From the NCBI GenBank assembly GCA_040954595.2, contig CM082596.2:6832791-6896790 (forward strand): 64,000 bases of DNA, written 5' to 3'. Positions within the stretch are counted from its first letter, which is position 1; every line of letters starts with the position of its first letter. Positions 39,575-53,000 of this stretch are shown here, one piece after another. Source of the DNA: Balanoglossus misakiensis (Eukaryota; Animalia; Hemichordata). The notes beneath the pieces were generated by a model that had not been told where the DNA came from, searched no databases, and saw nothing but the letters and a program-made list of their open reading frames with translations. The position numbers and the translations under genes were made by a program.

Positions 39575-42500
39575 ATGTATATGTAACTGGTATAGCCTTA
39601 CTGGTATACATATAATACCTAGTTTTGTTTATATTAAGCCATTTATGAACTTGTCAATTTTATCTGAAGTGCTAGTGGGGAAAGGATCGATGGAGTTTTC
39701 TGATTAGACTAAATATTATGTACACGAGGAGATAAATTCTCTTCATACAAGGTCTGTCTGTCCGTGCCTGTCTGTCTCCCTCTAAAGATGCAACAGAACG
39801 CAGAGACCAACTGTCACGCGCGCGCAATATGAGGACGAACCGTGACATTTCGGGCCTCTTGTGATCGTAATTGCTTCTGGAATTGGAGAAACGAACATCC
39901 AGAAGCGATTTTCTTGTCAAGTGTCGCCGAAAGGGCGTCATCGTATTCGAGTCGGCAATAAAAGGTGGTAATATCGGGAACAGATTACAAGGATCAGGTC
40001 AAGTTGGGGGCTGAGATAATCTTCGGGATTTTCCCCAACCACGAATACTAAAACGACTGACACAATAAAATGAACAAAACGATAGGAGTTCATTTTCCTA
40101 TTTCCGGTCAGAGAAGATGCCCAGTGCTGGCAAGATACAATCGGAATCGTGACGCTACCCAAGTGAATATACGGTCACGTGACATAAGGATAAAAAACCA
40201 CTAGTAAAAATGTCGATATTATCAAAACACGTGTAGTATGTGCGATATCCGTCAATCTTAGTTTCTAAAAATCGACACGACAGACTGTACACGTCACCGA
40301 GACACGGACGCCGCCTAGGGTCAAACAAGGTTACAGCGCGAGGCTTTACATTGGCAATTCCGCTGGGAATCTGCAAAAATAAGACAATTTACAAGTCTTT
40401 GGAGAACTGAGAGACAGGGCGTGTGTTTGCCATTCAGATGAGGGACACCGATCTGTTGGCACGCAGATATGGATATCGGAGCGTTTATGCGCGCCGGTAG
40501 CTAGCGCAACCTTGAAACGTCGACCAACAAAGTCAAGTTTCGATTTACACCAAAGACCTCCCCGAAAATTTTTACGACTCGAGCGCTGGAAAATATCAAC
40601 AGCAATCTCGAAGATGGCTAACGATGACCCCTGACGATGGTGGTTGAGGGAAGGGGGGGGGGGGAGTGCAAAATTAGTTAGCGAATGAAAACTAGGATAA
40701 ATTATTATTTGGATGAAATGATTCGATTAATACAGGGGGAATGAAACTCCTTAATAAGTACGTTTGGTCTATATTAATACTGCCAGAAGGTCGAGGCAGT
40801 CTATTTTCGATAACGGTTCATTAAGACCCGGAAACGTTAAAATATTTCACGGTTTGTCGTTTTCCGTTATCTGAGGCTTTTTACAGTTAAATTCGCGCGT
40901 GCATGGTTTGTTTCTCAATGTCACATGCAGGAAGTTGTAATATAACGGAGCCCAGTGTTTTATGTTCGCCGTCGTAGAACGAGTTCAAGAGACGCCGCGC
41001 CGTAAAATCACCATCGGCTCCTTTGGTGCGGCTAGCCGACGAGCTAACTGCGGCAGAGCGGGGCTTTTACTTCAATCCACCGGAGAGCAACAAATTGGGT
41101 AGTCTCCACGCTGAATGGCTAACGGCTACACTAATATTTTACAACGTTCACTGCAGGCCAGACAGTGAGTTGTAAAAAAAGGGGGAGGACGAGAAATCGG
41201 ATAATTTCCCGCGCGATCGCGGAGGTTTATTGCCGCGGAGATCGAGCTGAGAGCACGCCAGTACTTGTACGGTGGTTAGAGCAAAACGCCTATAGTTGAT
41301 CTGTTTTGTGGGCTGTATCAAGACGGGCGGGCGGGGGAGGGAGCACGATCAGGGGTACCCGAACGCAGATCAAACAGAGCGGCGGTGATGGTGATAAAAC
41401 CAGCCCGCTGTCCCCTGGGCCCATATCTGTCGGAGCAGATACTCCGATACTGTCACTCGTGTGCCCCATATAAAAAACCGGCCGTTCGGCGATCTTATAT
41501 GTTAGTAAACGTTACGAGCGATCTCGCAGGAATTGGCGTTATTATCACCCCGCATATCACGGTAAAATGTTGTGAATAAAAATATTTATGGTAATTGAAT
41601 CCACTAAACATCGCGGTTCATCGGTCCCACTGAGAAACAGCCAAGTCAGGCTTGTCCTATTATTCGAAGGACATGCATACGATTGAAGCTTGGTGGAATT
41701 TGACGCGGAGAAACCTTCAGGGCAGCGAAAGGGTAGGGTAGGGGAGGGGAAGAGACCATAGGGAAGCATACACTGACTGGGGAATTACACGTATTCACAA
41801 TCTTAGGCCTACCTGGTATCTTTACCTTCAATTTCGGATTTAATTCACTGGGCGTGGACGCGAGAGCAGAACGCCGAATTCTGGATGAGGGGACACAAGC
41901 GTTGTCAGATGATGACCACACCCACCGCATCGAAGGTGCAATAGAGCCACCTGTTGATCTGTGGAAAATATACAGAGGAACAGTTAAGAACCTGAACATT
42001 ATATATTAGTATTGGATAGGGGGAAAAAAGAAAGATTACAGAAAGTGTACAGAGTATGTTAATAAAATGCAATTAATTTCAGGTTGGAAATCTCTAACTT
42101 CTAATATCTCCGTTCGCCTGTCAGTCAGTCAGTCTGTCCGCCTGTCCGGCCACCCGCCTCCCTTAAAAATCGTGAACCATTTTCGCTTGCTTGTATGATA
42201 GTTTGTCTAACAACATCCCTGCATCATTGGGCTACAATTCACAGTCCTCGTCCGTGCGATGATCAACCAAGCCTTGAAGCCAGGCAGGAAATGACGGATG
42301 TAAGCTAACGGAAATACAGTATTGTGGTCTCGATTCACTGAAACCACGATTAGTTCTTTATAAGACGTTTGCCGTACACAAAATTTCAACGGACAGCGTG
42401 TATTTTCTTCAAATGCCTTGAAAATGTTAAATTTAGATTCAGCTGTAAGTATAGCTCGATCAGTCTCGTTACCACAGCCGGTTGTCCCACAATAACTTTA

Positions 42501-42834
42501 ACTTCCGGGTCAACAGATGATCCTCAGAAGTACAGCTGGATAACTCGTGGTATCTTAGTTTGTTAAGATGTGATTTTAGTTCTGTCAAATTGGCGCTGGG
42601 AGATAGAGAGACTGAGATAGGGAGAGAGGGGGAGGGAGACTATTGGCCGGGCCAGCATCTATAGTATAAGCCAACAGAGATACGAGCAAAGTCTCAAATT
42701 CGAGTACTGGTAAAAAGTGCGCGGAAATAACAGTATAATCACTGGCAGCATTTTGCAAGTACGTGTGTAATGATCCTAGTGTGATTATGTTCCAAATAAC
42801 AAAAAAAGATGTCGTGGGACTTTATCTTTGGCAG

Positions 42835-43097
42835 GTTGTAGGGAGACCTCGTTCATCTACTCGCTGACCAGCGCCGCCGTGGCCCACTCGGTGGCCCGGT
42901 CGTGCAGCGAGGGCAGCATCGACACCTGCAACTGTGACAACAAGGAAGGCAACGGCGGCGTCGACTGGGAGTGGGGAGGGTGCAGCGACAACGTGGCCTT
43001 CGGATACAAGTTCGCCAAAAAATTCGTGGACGCCGGAGAGAAGGGACAAGATCTGAGGTACCGGATGAATTTGCATAACAACGAAGCCGGGCGAAAC
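42835..43097 (+). CDS. Wnt1: Wnt1 exon 3
   Basis: (G)[34 protein letters not shown]...[45 protein letters not shown]. Acceptor ttggcag| phase 1, donor |gtaagt phase 0, 263 nt. Confidence 0.96.
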
Positions 43098-46000
43098 GTA
43101 AGTCTCAGATTCTTGAAGATTCTGCGGTGTTGCTTTACTGTACGCCTACTAATCAGTGTTAGAGAATGTATGTCTATGTGTATGTATGTGTGTGTGTTTG
43201 TATGGTTTGGTATAGAGAAAGGCTTTCGCTGTGCTCAACTGAAAATACAATCCGCGTAAAAATTAAGATTACAAGAACGACATATCCAAGAAAGCTCGTG
43301 GAGTCTTCTTTGTTGGCAGAAACAAAATTTGGTTGAATTTTATGGGTTAATACGCGGCGTCCTATCATCAACAGTCCAAGTAAAAAGAGCAGGGACTTAT
43401 GAAAGGGAAAACGTTTGAAATTGAAGTGCGTGAAAGTTTTAAAAAACAACCAATAGTTCGCCGCCACGATGTGATCCACATGTACGCCGAAATTTTGATC
43501 AGCGTTTATTTGGGGCGAAAAGCACTGTGCTTTACAAACAGAAAATTGCACAGGACCAGTTCCGGAGCTGAGTCGCCCCTCGGTCAAGATCAAAAATCCC
43601 GGGTTGCTCACTGCTCCCCCGGACGCGGCCACCCCCCCCCCCCTCAGTCAGTCGCGAGAATGCGTTCTCGAAACAGGAATAACAAAGTTGCTCAGCTCAG
43701 GTGACTGGAACTTGTAAATGACAGCCAGACGATTGAAAAGCACGGGGGCATTAAAACTCGTGTAATTTCCCTGTCTTAGACAGCTAATTGCATAGGAATT
43801 CAGACGCATAAAGTTGTTTACAACGGTGTATGGACATACGTAACCAAGGGAAACCCGCGACTCGGATCGATAAAAACCCGAATGCGATGAAGACATAACT
43901 AAAAATAAAAAAAATCCACATTTTCTCTTTTTCTTTTAAAACAATATATTGCAGTAGGGTCAGACTTAGACTGTGTATATGGTCAAAACTCCGCCACACG
44001 TGGATTGGAAAGCCAATACAATAGATGGACGGGTACAGGGTGTGTTTACCGTCCCGTCAAAAAATGTCACTGCCCGTGTGTTTTGACCGCCCACTCCTAC
44101 ACATAGATTAGACTGTATGAGAAAAAAACACAACCCTTTATCATTGAAACGGTGTTGACGTTCCCTTTTGACGCTCGAAACAGAATGCCTCCAAAAAACA
44201 ATATAAATTAATGTGTAAAAATTCCTCTCATCTGTAGACACCCCTCATCATCGCGCTAAATCCAATTAAACCCTCCAGCGACAATGGTCTCTAAAATTTG
44301 ATGAACCGTATTAAACATCCAGGCTGCTTTGTCCCCGGTACATTTCGCATACCGGTGTTAGATAGTGACTGGTGATTCACATGTAGATAAAGTATGTCGA
44401 AAACAAGCGATGTTGTATGGGGGATGTAAATTTGGCGCGGAGCAAAGAATGTACACCATCCGCCAGGCGCGCACGGATTTTCATTGTTCGGGCGACGTTG
44501 ATAGTAGGTATTGTTCACGTTTGATGAGTCTTCGTGCAAAAAAAATATGCATTAGAAGTCTTCAAGTTAAGTAAACGGGCAATTAATGTTTTTTTTCGAG
44601 TCGAGTAAATTCTTTGGAAGACGTTGTCATCTTCAAGGCCAGCAAACTGGCCAGAGCGCGTCGAGAAGGCCAATTTTGAGGCTGCCGATTTTTGCACTCA
44701 CAAAGTTGTGACCGCAGCGGTCAGTGAGGAAACCACTGACCAGAAGTGATACGTCTGGCGAACGCAGTCCTCTCTCGAAACAACTCCGATTTTCTGAACG
44801 GTATCGAGATTGCCAGGTTACCGCGAGCGTCGATTTGGTATCGACACCCCCTTTTGTCGTCGCGTCGTCGTCTCCCCCTTTACGTCGTAATTAAGTCCAG
44901 GGATGGGGAGTGCCACGGATAAGATTTTACAGGGAGGCAGTAAAGCGGTTAGGAATTCCGCTTATTGTATTGTCTTATGCGCAGCTGCATTAAAACCCCT
45001 TCGCTCCAATTTACACCTGATAATTATTAATTCGCACCAATCTTGATTTCCATACATGGGTCAAAATACACGACACATCGTTTGGTTACCATTGGATAAC
45101 GCGAGGCTGACGACGCGATTTTGTCCTGATTTCCAATTTCGCCTATTTATAGGTTATTGCGCATGGTTTTCTGGAAATCTTTGATGCGTTTTCTAAAAAA
45201 AATGGTCTCGCGGACTTCTCGCTTCGCCAACATTTCTGAAGCGGTGCGGATTTGTGAGGGAGAAATTTTCACGTGACTTGGAAAATGTAAACATATACAA
45301 CAAGTTGTGGACGAGCGTCTGTCGGTGGTTTCAGTGCTAACATTGCTGAATATGGACGCCATGTGCATTTTTTTCTAATTTGGTCATCGGAAATGTTATT
45401 TTTCGGGGGCAACAAACAACAAAAACGTGTAAGTAACATGACAGGACGTACTCGCGTACGGCAAGGACGGATCACCGCGCTGCGTTTTCTTTATTGGGAC
45501 AACACTCGAAGAAGCGCGTAATTGATTTTCAAATGAAGGTGACCCACATTGGACACGCCAGACTACCCCGGCCGCGTAAGACAATGCCCGCACAGAAGGA
45601 GCCTATTGCCGTAACTTCTCCGCTTGACCTGGCAGAGAGACAATCGTCGAATTTTCTTCGTGCGGCCGTGTCGACATCCACTGGGGACGGGCGAGTTCTG
45701 ATACTGTTTCCCCCGAACACTGGCGACTCTGACCTGCGCGCATTGTTCTTTTGTCGACCGGGGACAAAACCGACCACTTTTGGGAAAATTGGTTTTTAAG
45801 AAAGCGTGAAAAGGCAGTTTTCGGAGGCGTTTCACGGGCAAGAAGCATAAAAAATCGCTAAATGGGATATGTTTCCCTCAAACAATGGACACGTTAACGA
45901 AGTTTAGGAAAACCAAAGGGCTGGGTGAATGGCGTGTCCTTAGCGCGACTGGCTACGCTCAAACAGACGCGCGGAACGCCGGAGTATCCTAATAAGCCAG

Positions 46001-48052
46001 TGTTCCGTTCCAGCCACTTGAAAATAATGCAATTGGAGCCGCTGAAAAGTCCGTAGATTAAGAAAGTACAAAATGCCTTACACGCCAACGATAGCTACGC
46101 CAGGAATCTGACACAAATCGCCCCACAACACACTCAATCAAAAAAATCTGTCAGCGACCAATTATCGAGGCTTGCAGAGCTGTTGTCGTGTTTCGCCACA
46201 TTTTGGAATTAAAACCGAATTCTCCCCCGGCTTGCCTGTGTTCATTGTGTACACAAATTAGTCGGCTTGACCGAGTTTCATTTAGACGAGGCCTCTTTAG
46301 GAGACAATTTGGCAGCCCGATATCGTGTGCGTCAACAACTTTTTTTAGGCGGGAACTTTGGGTTTGACAGTTGCAAGGATCTAATCACCTGTAAGGATTG
46401 ATGCATCTTCTTTCCAAATTAGAAAAAGTTAAGACGGCTGGCATATTCACCCACGACCTTTGAAAATAAATTCGACAGTGACCCTACCACTGTTACCACG
46501 GTTTATGACAAGAAAGCTAAGGATTTTTCAGGAAAAATATTCCCACGAGTACAAGACGACGATTTCGACACAAACAACCCCTGGCAAATTATATATTCAC
46601 TCAAACGGAAACACTGGCCGATATAAAACGTACATGTACACGGTCAGGGTGGGGACTTTCTACCACTGATGCATCATTCTCCGTTGAATCCAACCTTGTG
46701 GTTTTGGACTCCAAAAAGTCAATTGTTGTCGGCCGTGTCGACGATGGGCCAAAAGTCGTCAACTTTAGACACCACTTTGGTTTTGAATTTCTTTTGAGAG
46801 ACTTTTTACGCTCATTGTTTGCTAGAATATACTCAATCACCAGCTTGTGCAACTCAACACACAACCTGTACAGGCTTGACAACGAATACTAAAATGATAT
46901 ACATGTTTGGTGCTGGCCAAAAATTAATCGATGGAAGTTTTTCCTGTGCTATGTCCATTGTCCAGGACGCCCAGTTTAGCTGACAACCTTTCATTGAGCA
47001 CATTTCAGAGTGCTTCAATTAACAACATAAACAGCTCACCGAAAGAAACCAAAATCACCCCAAATTTAAGGGGAAGTACGTTACGTTGCCCCTTTAAGTA
47101 AATACTGTTCGTGGATACAGTGGACTTTCGACCAATTCGTACCAGCCATCTCCGTAGAGGGGGCTGTATCGCGGTGTGCTTGGAATAGTACCACGGACGC
47201 AATGGCGCTTTCTCAAGACAACAAAAATCCACGCACACTCAGATAGACGTCCACATATATACTTTGACTAGATTGATAGCATTTGTTGTGTAAATAACGG
47301 AACTAAATTAGTGAAAAAGTATCTCAGTTGTGTACAGTTCAACGGCATCAAATTGATTACGTTAAGTCGATATTAAACCACATCGCGATTGCAAAATGTG
47401 AACAAGTCCTTCCGAAAACTTTGTTTTTGCTTTACCCACAAACTCTAGACTTTTTTTTCCAACGAGGGCGGGCATTTCGCGAATGTTCCGAGCGTTGTTG
47501 ATCCCAGGCGACGAGATTTAACGGAAAAAAAACACATCACACAGTTGTTGTTGTTGTGTATTAAATACCGCGGTATTTTGTTCTCCGCGACACGCGATGA
47601 CAGAAACGGTGACAAGGTCACTATCGTGGCGGCCGGGTGTTGATGCCTGGGCATGCAACGACCCACAGATCTGGTTCGCCCGGTCCAGATTGATTGACAG
47701 CTCGCCTCCCGACGGCGGACCACACGGAAAGCCGCACGTAGACACCGTTGTTGACAGGCCCCGCGGACCTGGACACCGGTGACGGAAATGTGAGATACAA
47801 GTAAACAAAAACAGCAATGTCAGTCACGTGACTTTGAAAGACAAGGAATCCAACCTACCAGAAGTTGCCTTCAAACGCTGAAGTTCTTGAGGACTGGTTA
47901 GACAGACGAGTTGAGCTTTGTTCTAATGGAATAAATCAAAAAAGGCAAAACATCGGTCAATAATTCTGCCAACAAAGTCGACTGGTTTTTCATTTTACTC
48001 ATAAATGGACTGAAACAATAACGATTGGTATAAATAGTTAAAACAAATGTTC

Positions 48053-48055
<3 letters not shown>

Positions 48056-48132
<77 letters not shown>
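48056..48132. repeat. (GA)n microsatellite
   Basis: Visible array in Wnt1 intron 3. Confidence 0.97.
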
Positions 48133-48135
<3 letters not shown>

Positions 48136-49502
48136 TTTTGAACGTGCGTGTCTAGGATACTGTGGTTAGTTTGCGTGCACGTGCACGTTGCAAATCTGCA
48201 CGCCGTATGCTTTCTAACATCACGTGGTCAGTCTGCGCTGTCTGACCAAGGTTTTATCATATGCTTGGTGTTTTATTTTAATTTTGCTTCGTGTACATGC
48301 ATATGGTGTTTGTTTTTTCTAACCCACAAAGCCATAAAATACCCAAGGTTTTCACTTTGCAGTTTCATCGGACGTTTGGTGGCACCTGTAACTTGCCAGT
48401 GTTACTGGGGCATTCTCGTTATTAACCATGTAGCCAAGCCAGCAACTAGCTTAAATTTAACAAATAACAATACTAATAACACAGATAAACTAGGCAATAT
48501 AAGAACGGCGCAAAAACCACACGTTTTAAACCAACTAAACATGACAAATTATACGGTCAATGCTTTTGCGAACAATCCCAAATAATGAAGAACTTAAACC
48601 CAGCTCAACTGAAAGATAAAATTGTACGTAGACGATTAAAGCTCAAACATCAAATGACTGCTTTGCGTTTAGTCTAGAACATCAATGCTGATTTGAGATA
48701 CAGACACATGATTGATCGATTGATTGATTGATTGATTGATTGAAGTACCCCCATCGCTTCACCACGGTGTTGTGTACACACAAAGACCAGGGAGTCGGGA
48801 TGCGTGATATCAAGTCGGATGAAACCGCTGAAATAGCACATACTGTCCCAATTTGTGCGAACGTCATCTAGCTCGTGTCCGCAAAAATCTGGAACAGTAT
48901 ATGCAGTTTTAGCAGGATATCCGTCCACGTATTCCGACTGGTTCAGCCCTGGTCTTTTGGGCACACAGTGACGTAGTTTGGCGGTGTTCAAGCCCCACAA
49001 ATCAACGCTATGCCTAATTCTCTCTGTTGAAGTTGAACTCAATCTCTAGACCACTATTTTAAGTCACACAATTTTCCGGCAAATAAAGCCAATATCTAAA
49101 CCTCTTTACGATTTATAGACCCTTCAAGTTCCTCTACACCACTTGAATAGTATCGAGATAGAAATTACTCCTCATTTGAGCTAAAAAGATCAAACCACTT
49201 AATTCACGGAATAAACAGAGCAAAGACCGATTTTTTATAGAAAGGCCAGACCTAAATCTCACATGGAAATAATAGTTTTGTAACTAGCCATATGTTGGGA
49301 GCTTGGTAAAAAAAGATTCACAGCTTGAAGTTGGTAGCTAAGTTACGGTAGTACTGTAACCCGTACTTTGCTCTTCACCCCAATTAGGTTTAATTGCGTC
49401 ACTTAACTAGCACAGGTAATTTTTCAACAGCCAAAAATTGAGACAAAGTAATTCTACATTTCAATATTTTCTCTCCCCCCGCTCATTTGCCCTCGTGTTC
49501 AG

Positions 49503-50000
49503 AATGTCAGAACTAACATGAGGCAAGAGTGTAAGTGCCACGGAATGTCCGGTAGCTGCCAGGTGAAAACCTGCTGGATGAGGTTGCCCACTTTCAGAGC
49601 CGTCGGCGAGAACCTGAAGGAGCGCTTCGACGGCGCCACGCTGGTGGCGCTGGCCAACAACGGCAACCCGCGCAGCAACGACCGCCGCAAGAAGCCCAAG
49701 GCGTCGTTCGTGCCGGTGGACGCGGCGCACAAGCCGCCGACCAGCAGCGACCTGGTGTACTTCGAGGACTCGCCGGACTTTTGCGAGCCCAACAAGAAGG
49801 TGGGCTCACTGGGCACCAGGGGCAGGCAGTGCAACAACACCTCGATCGGCACCGACGGCTGCGAGCTGCTGTGCTGCGATCGAGGGTACACCAGCAAAGA
49901 GGAGGAGGTGACGGAGAGGTGCAGTTGCACGTTTCACTGGTGCTGCCAGGTGAAATGCGAAACCTGTGTCACGACGAGGACTGTCAACACGTGTCTCTAA
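49503..50000 (+). CDS. Wnt1: Wnt1 exon 4 (last coding exon)
   Basis: Acceptor gtgttcag| phase 0. NVRTNMRQECKCHGMSGSCQVKTCWMRLPTFRAVGENLKERFDGA...HKPPTSSDLVYFEDSPDFC...ERCSCTFHWCCQVKCETC...TCL*. MRQECKCHGMSGSC and CWMRLP are diagnostic for Wnt1/wingless. Spliced CDS is 1146 nt with no frame break. Confidence 0.97.
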   Translation, partial: NVRTNMRQECKCHGMSGSCQVKTCWMRLPTFRAVGENLKERFDGATLVALANNGNPRSNDRRKKPKASFVPVDAAHKPPTSSDLVYFEDSPDFCEPNKKVGSLGTRGRQCNNTSIGTDGCELLCCDRGYTSKEEEVTERCSCTFHWCCQVKCETCVTTRTVNTCL

Positions 50001-53000
50001 CTCCTAATTGCGAGACAATAACTAAAAAAATACAAACTCAACAGACAGTGAGCGGGTTGTTGTTGTAGAAAAACGAACAGCTCGGAGAGACTGTTAATGT
50101 ATGCGCCGACCTGCTTTGCGACAGGATCCGGAAGTTGCGCAAGATTGCCGTAAAAGGATCGCGGACAATACTGAAAACACTTTTCCACGGGGAAAGTGCA
50201 AACCAAGAGACTTCGATTGAGATTGTACAATATTGTAAGTTGAAACATTGAATCGATAGCCAGCCTATTTGAACTGCCGTTCCCTTTATTGTAATTAACA
50301 AATATACATAATGTCATATGCTTTTTATGACGATTTTATTATAAGTGTTTCATCTCTAACTTTTTTATATTTTTAGACTGTTTGGGTGCGTTGGCGCGCT
50401 CACGTCATTGAGCATTAGGAAATAGCCGAACCAAGCATGACCAAGTCATGGTTATGTTTCAGCATGTTACAATTTTTGCTGATCAAGGTAGCATCCCCTT
50501 CTGTAAGATGATGTTTAATGCATTTTACATGAATGGCGTTGCCACCGTTACTTGTTGCCAATATCATCATCTTCGTCGTCCAACGACGTGCTTTTGTGCC
50601 AACGCTTAGATGAAACAACAATTTTCTATTTTGTATATCAATAGCAATAGATGTACAGCTATCGCAGGTGTAGATTGCCGAGGTAAATTCCTTCAATTAA
50701 CGAAAGAAAAAATCAGGCTTCTTCGGACTTTCCGACAAACGAAAATCGGTGCCGTAAAACAGTAATTTGTATCTATGTCGTGCACCGCGGTCCTATGTAC
50801 CCTTCAAACACTTCCCGGTTTTCATCCCACGAAATCCCTGTTCGTAGAACGAAGCACCGTTACAGAGGATTTAATTTTAGATATAAGTTTTACGACGCAA
50901 AAAAAGCTTGTCTTCTTCGGCTATTTATTACAATCGGCCAATCCTCGGCTTAGTGAACCGAAGAGCCGCGTTTCCAGTTGCCAACAACCGACGACGGCCA
51001 TTCGCATTACAAAGCGAGTGTTTGCCTTCGGAAAATCAAAATACTCTCGCCCCTGAACTCTTCCTATCAATGAATGAAAAACTGGAGAAGCCGAGAGGTG
51101 TATTTACTCGCATTTGCCATTGCTATTACATCTCATACAGGGTTACACTATAATTTGCTCTGTTTAGAAATGTTACTTATCATGTCTTATTTGCATGTCA
51201 CCATTATTGTGCCAGCTTTATGTTTATACAAATCGTTTCATACCACATGTTGTAGAAATTATTTACAAAAGCAAACAAAACAATCACGTTTTGTTATTTT
51301 CTCATTTGTAAATATTGCAAAATCAAATGTATATTTTGGTATTCTTTTAATTATTAGACGGGACGGCATAGGTTTTGTACAAGACAGTGCGACTTTAATT
51401 TATAGATCATTTATTTACTGTTTTTATGAATATTCATATATTCATCAACTCATGAATATATTACAATGGATTTTTGTCTGAGATTTTGTCATGGTGCTGG
51501 CATTTGAATTTTCCATGTTGGGTTGTAAAGGCGGCCCAGGGTAGGGGTCGATAATGCTAATTATTATTATTTATAATTAAGGGCGTTCCAGCATATTTTA
51601 TATATTGCCTTTCCAAACTGTAGTAAACGTTAGTTGCCAGTTCTCAATTTGAAAAAAACACCACACACACACAAATCATCGACAGCTACCAAAATGGCCA
51701 TAAAATTTTCGGCGGCCATATTGGAAGAAAACTGTAGACATTACGAATATGTAAATCTTCTGTTCGAAGTTTATATCCCACTGAGTCACATTGACTTCAC
51801 ATTTTATCGAGTTCAATCTACAGAGTGAAATGTTGTAGTTAGGGGGGAAAACACGCCTAAAGTATGGCATACACATTTTGACAAGGTCAAGGGTCAATCA
51901 CCCAGCAGAGCCTGTGGATCAGGCAACTGTCCCCCCCCCCCCGCCCAATTGGCCCAATAAATTCATCGAAACAGCATGTTTTCCCTTATCTAAAAACTGT
52001 AACATTTTATATGAACTTCGAATCGTGTCTACGGCCTTTTCTTGACGTCATTGCGACATCAATATGGCCGCCATCAAATTTTGTGGCCAGCGCAGGTATA
52101 ATTAACTCGGCCTCGGTGCGTGCCGGTCGGGTGAGACACGAATCCAATCGCATTTTTTTCTCTCTCTCTTTTGATATCACACCGGCAGATTAAATCGTCA
52201 TGCGACTCAGTCATCCGGTTTCGTACGTGGAAACCGGTGACACATGCTCGGACGCAGACTTGGCATGATTCACAAATACCGCCAAAAACAAGCGGTCGCT
52301 GTCTCCGTCATCCTTACAGTACTTTCTCGCCAAGAACATGAAAGTTTGAAGGTCATTTCAAGGTCAATCGTACACAAATCGATGCAAATTTGGAAAGAGA
52401 ATCGCAAACGTCGCGCCGGAAAGCCAGTCTACTTTTCTACGTGACCGAAGTCGCTAATCTTTGGCGGCCAATCGCCACATTGGCGAGATGGTTACGAATT
52501 CAAAGATGGCGGCCGCGAGAAATGTATTCGTGCCAAAATCACTTTGTGAAATCATAACTTTCCTCGCGGACAATAGGTCCTCCTCTATTGTCTATGCTTT
52601 CGTCGAAATACCAAATTTCTAAATTGTCAGTTTTCATTCCTTGTAGGGCCACCGTTTCAGATGCTGCCTTTAAGGCTGAATTGTTGAAATATAGAAAAAC
52701 AAAGTTAATATGTTTGTATGGTGCCTAGGCAAATTCGAAGTTGCCTGGTTAAAAATCCTAAACCCTCTTAAATCTTTAAAGCATGATGTCTCACATTTTC
52801 TAATATTTCTGAAATGTCAGCTTTATTGATCTATGAAGTCTCCTTAATCCCTGTGTGTTTGATCCAACTTAGACCATTCCACGAAAATATGTTTCAACAT
52901 TCCGAATATATCCTCAACACATTTTTCACACGAACTGTTGCAATAGGTATTTTAGAGCATTGTTCCTCAACAGACAATAAAACGACTTTCCTTAAAAAAA

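Noticed and set aside
39177-39707. YVCM/HTYI repeat ORFs (also at 26175, 59722, 22452 and 7346)
   Set aside because: Translations of tetra- and pentanucleotide microsatellites
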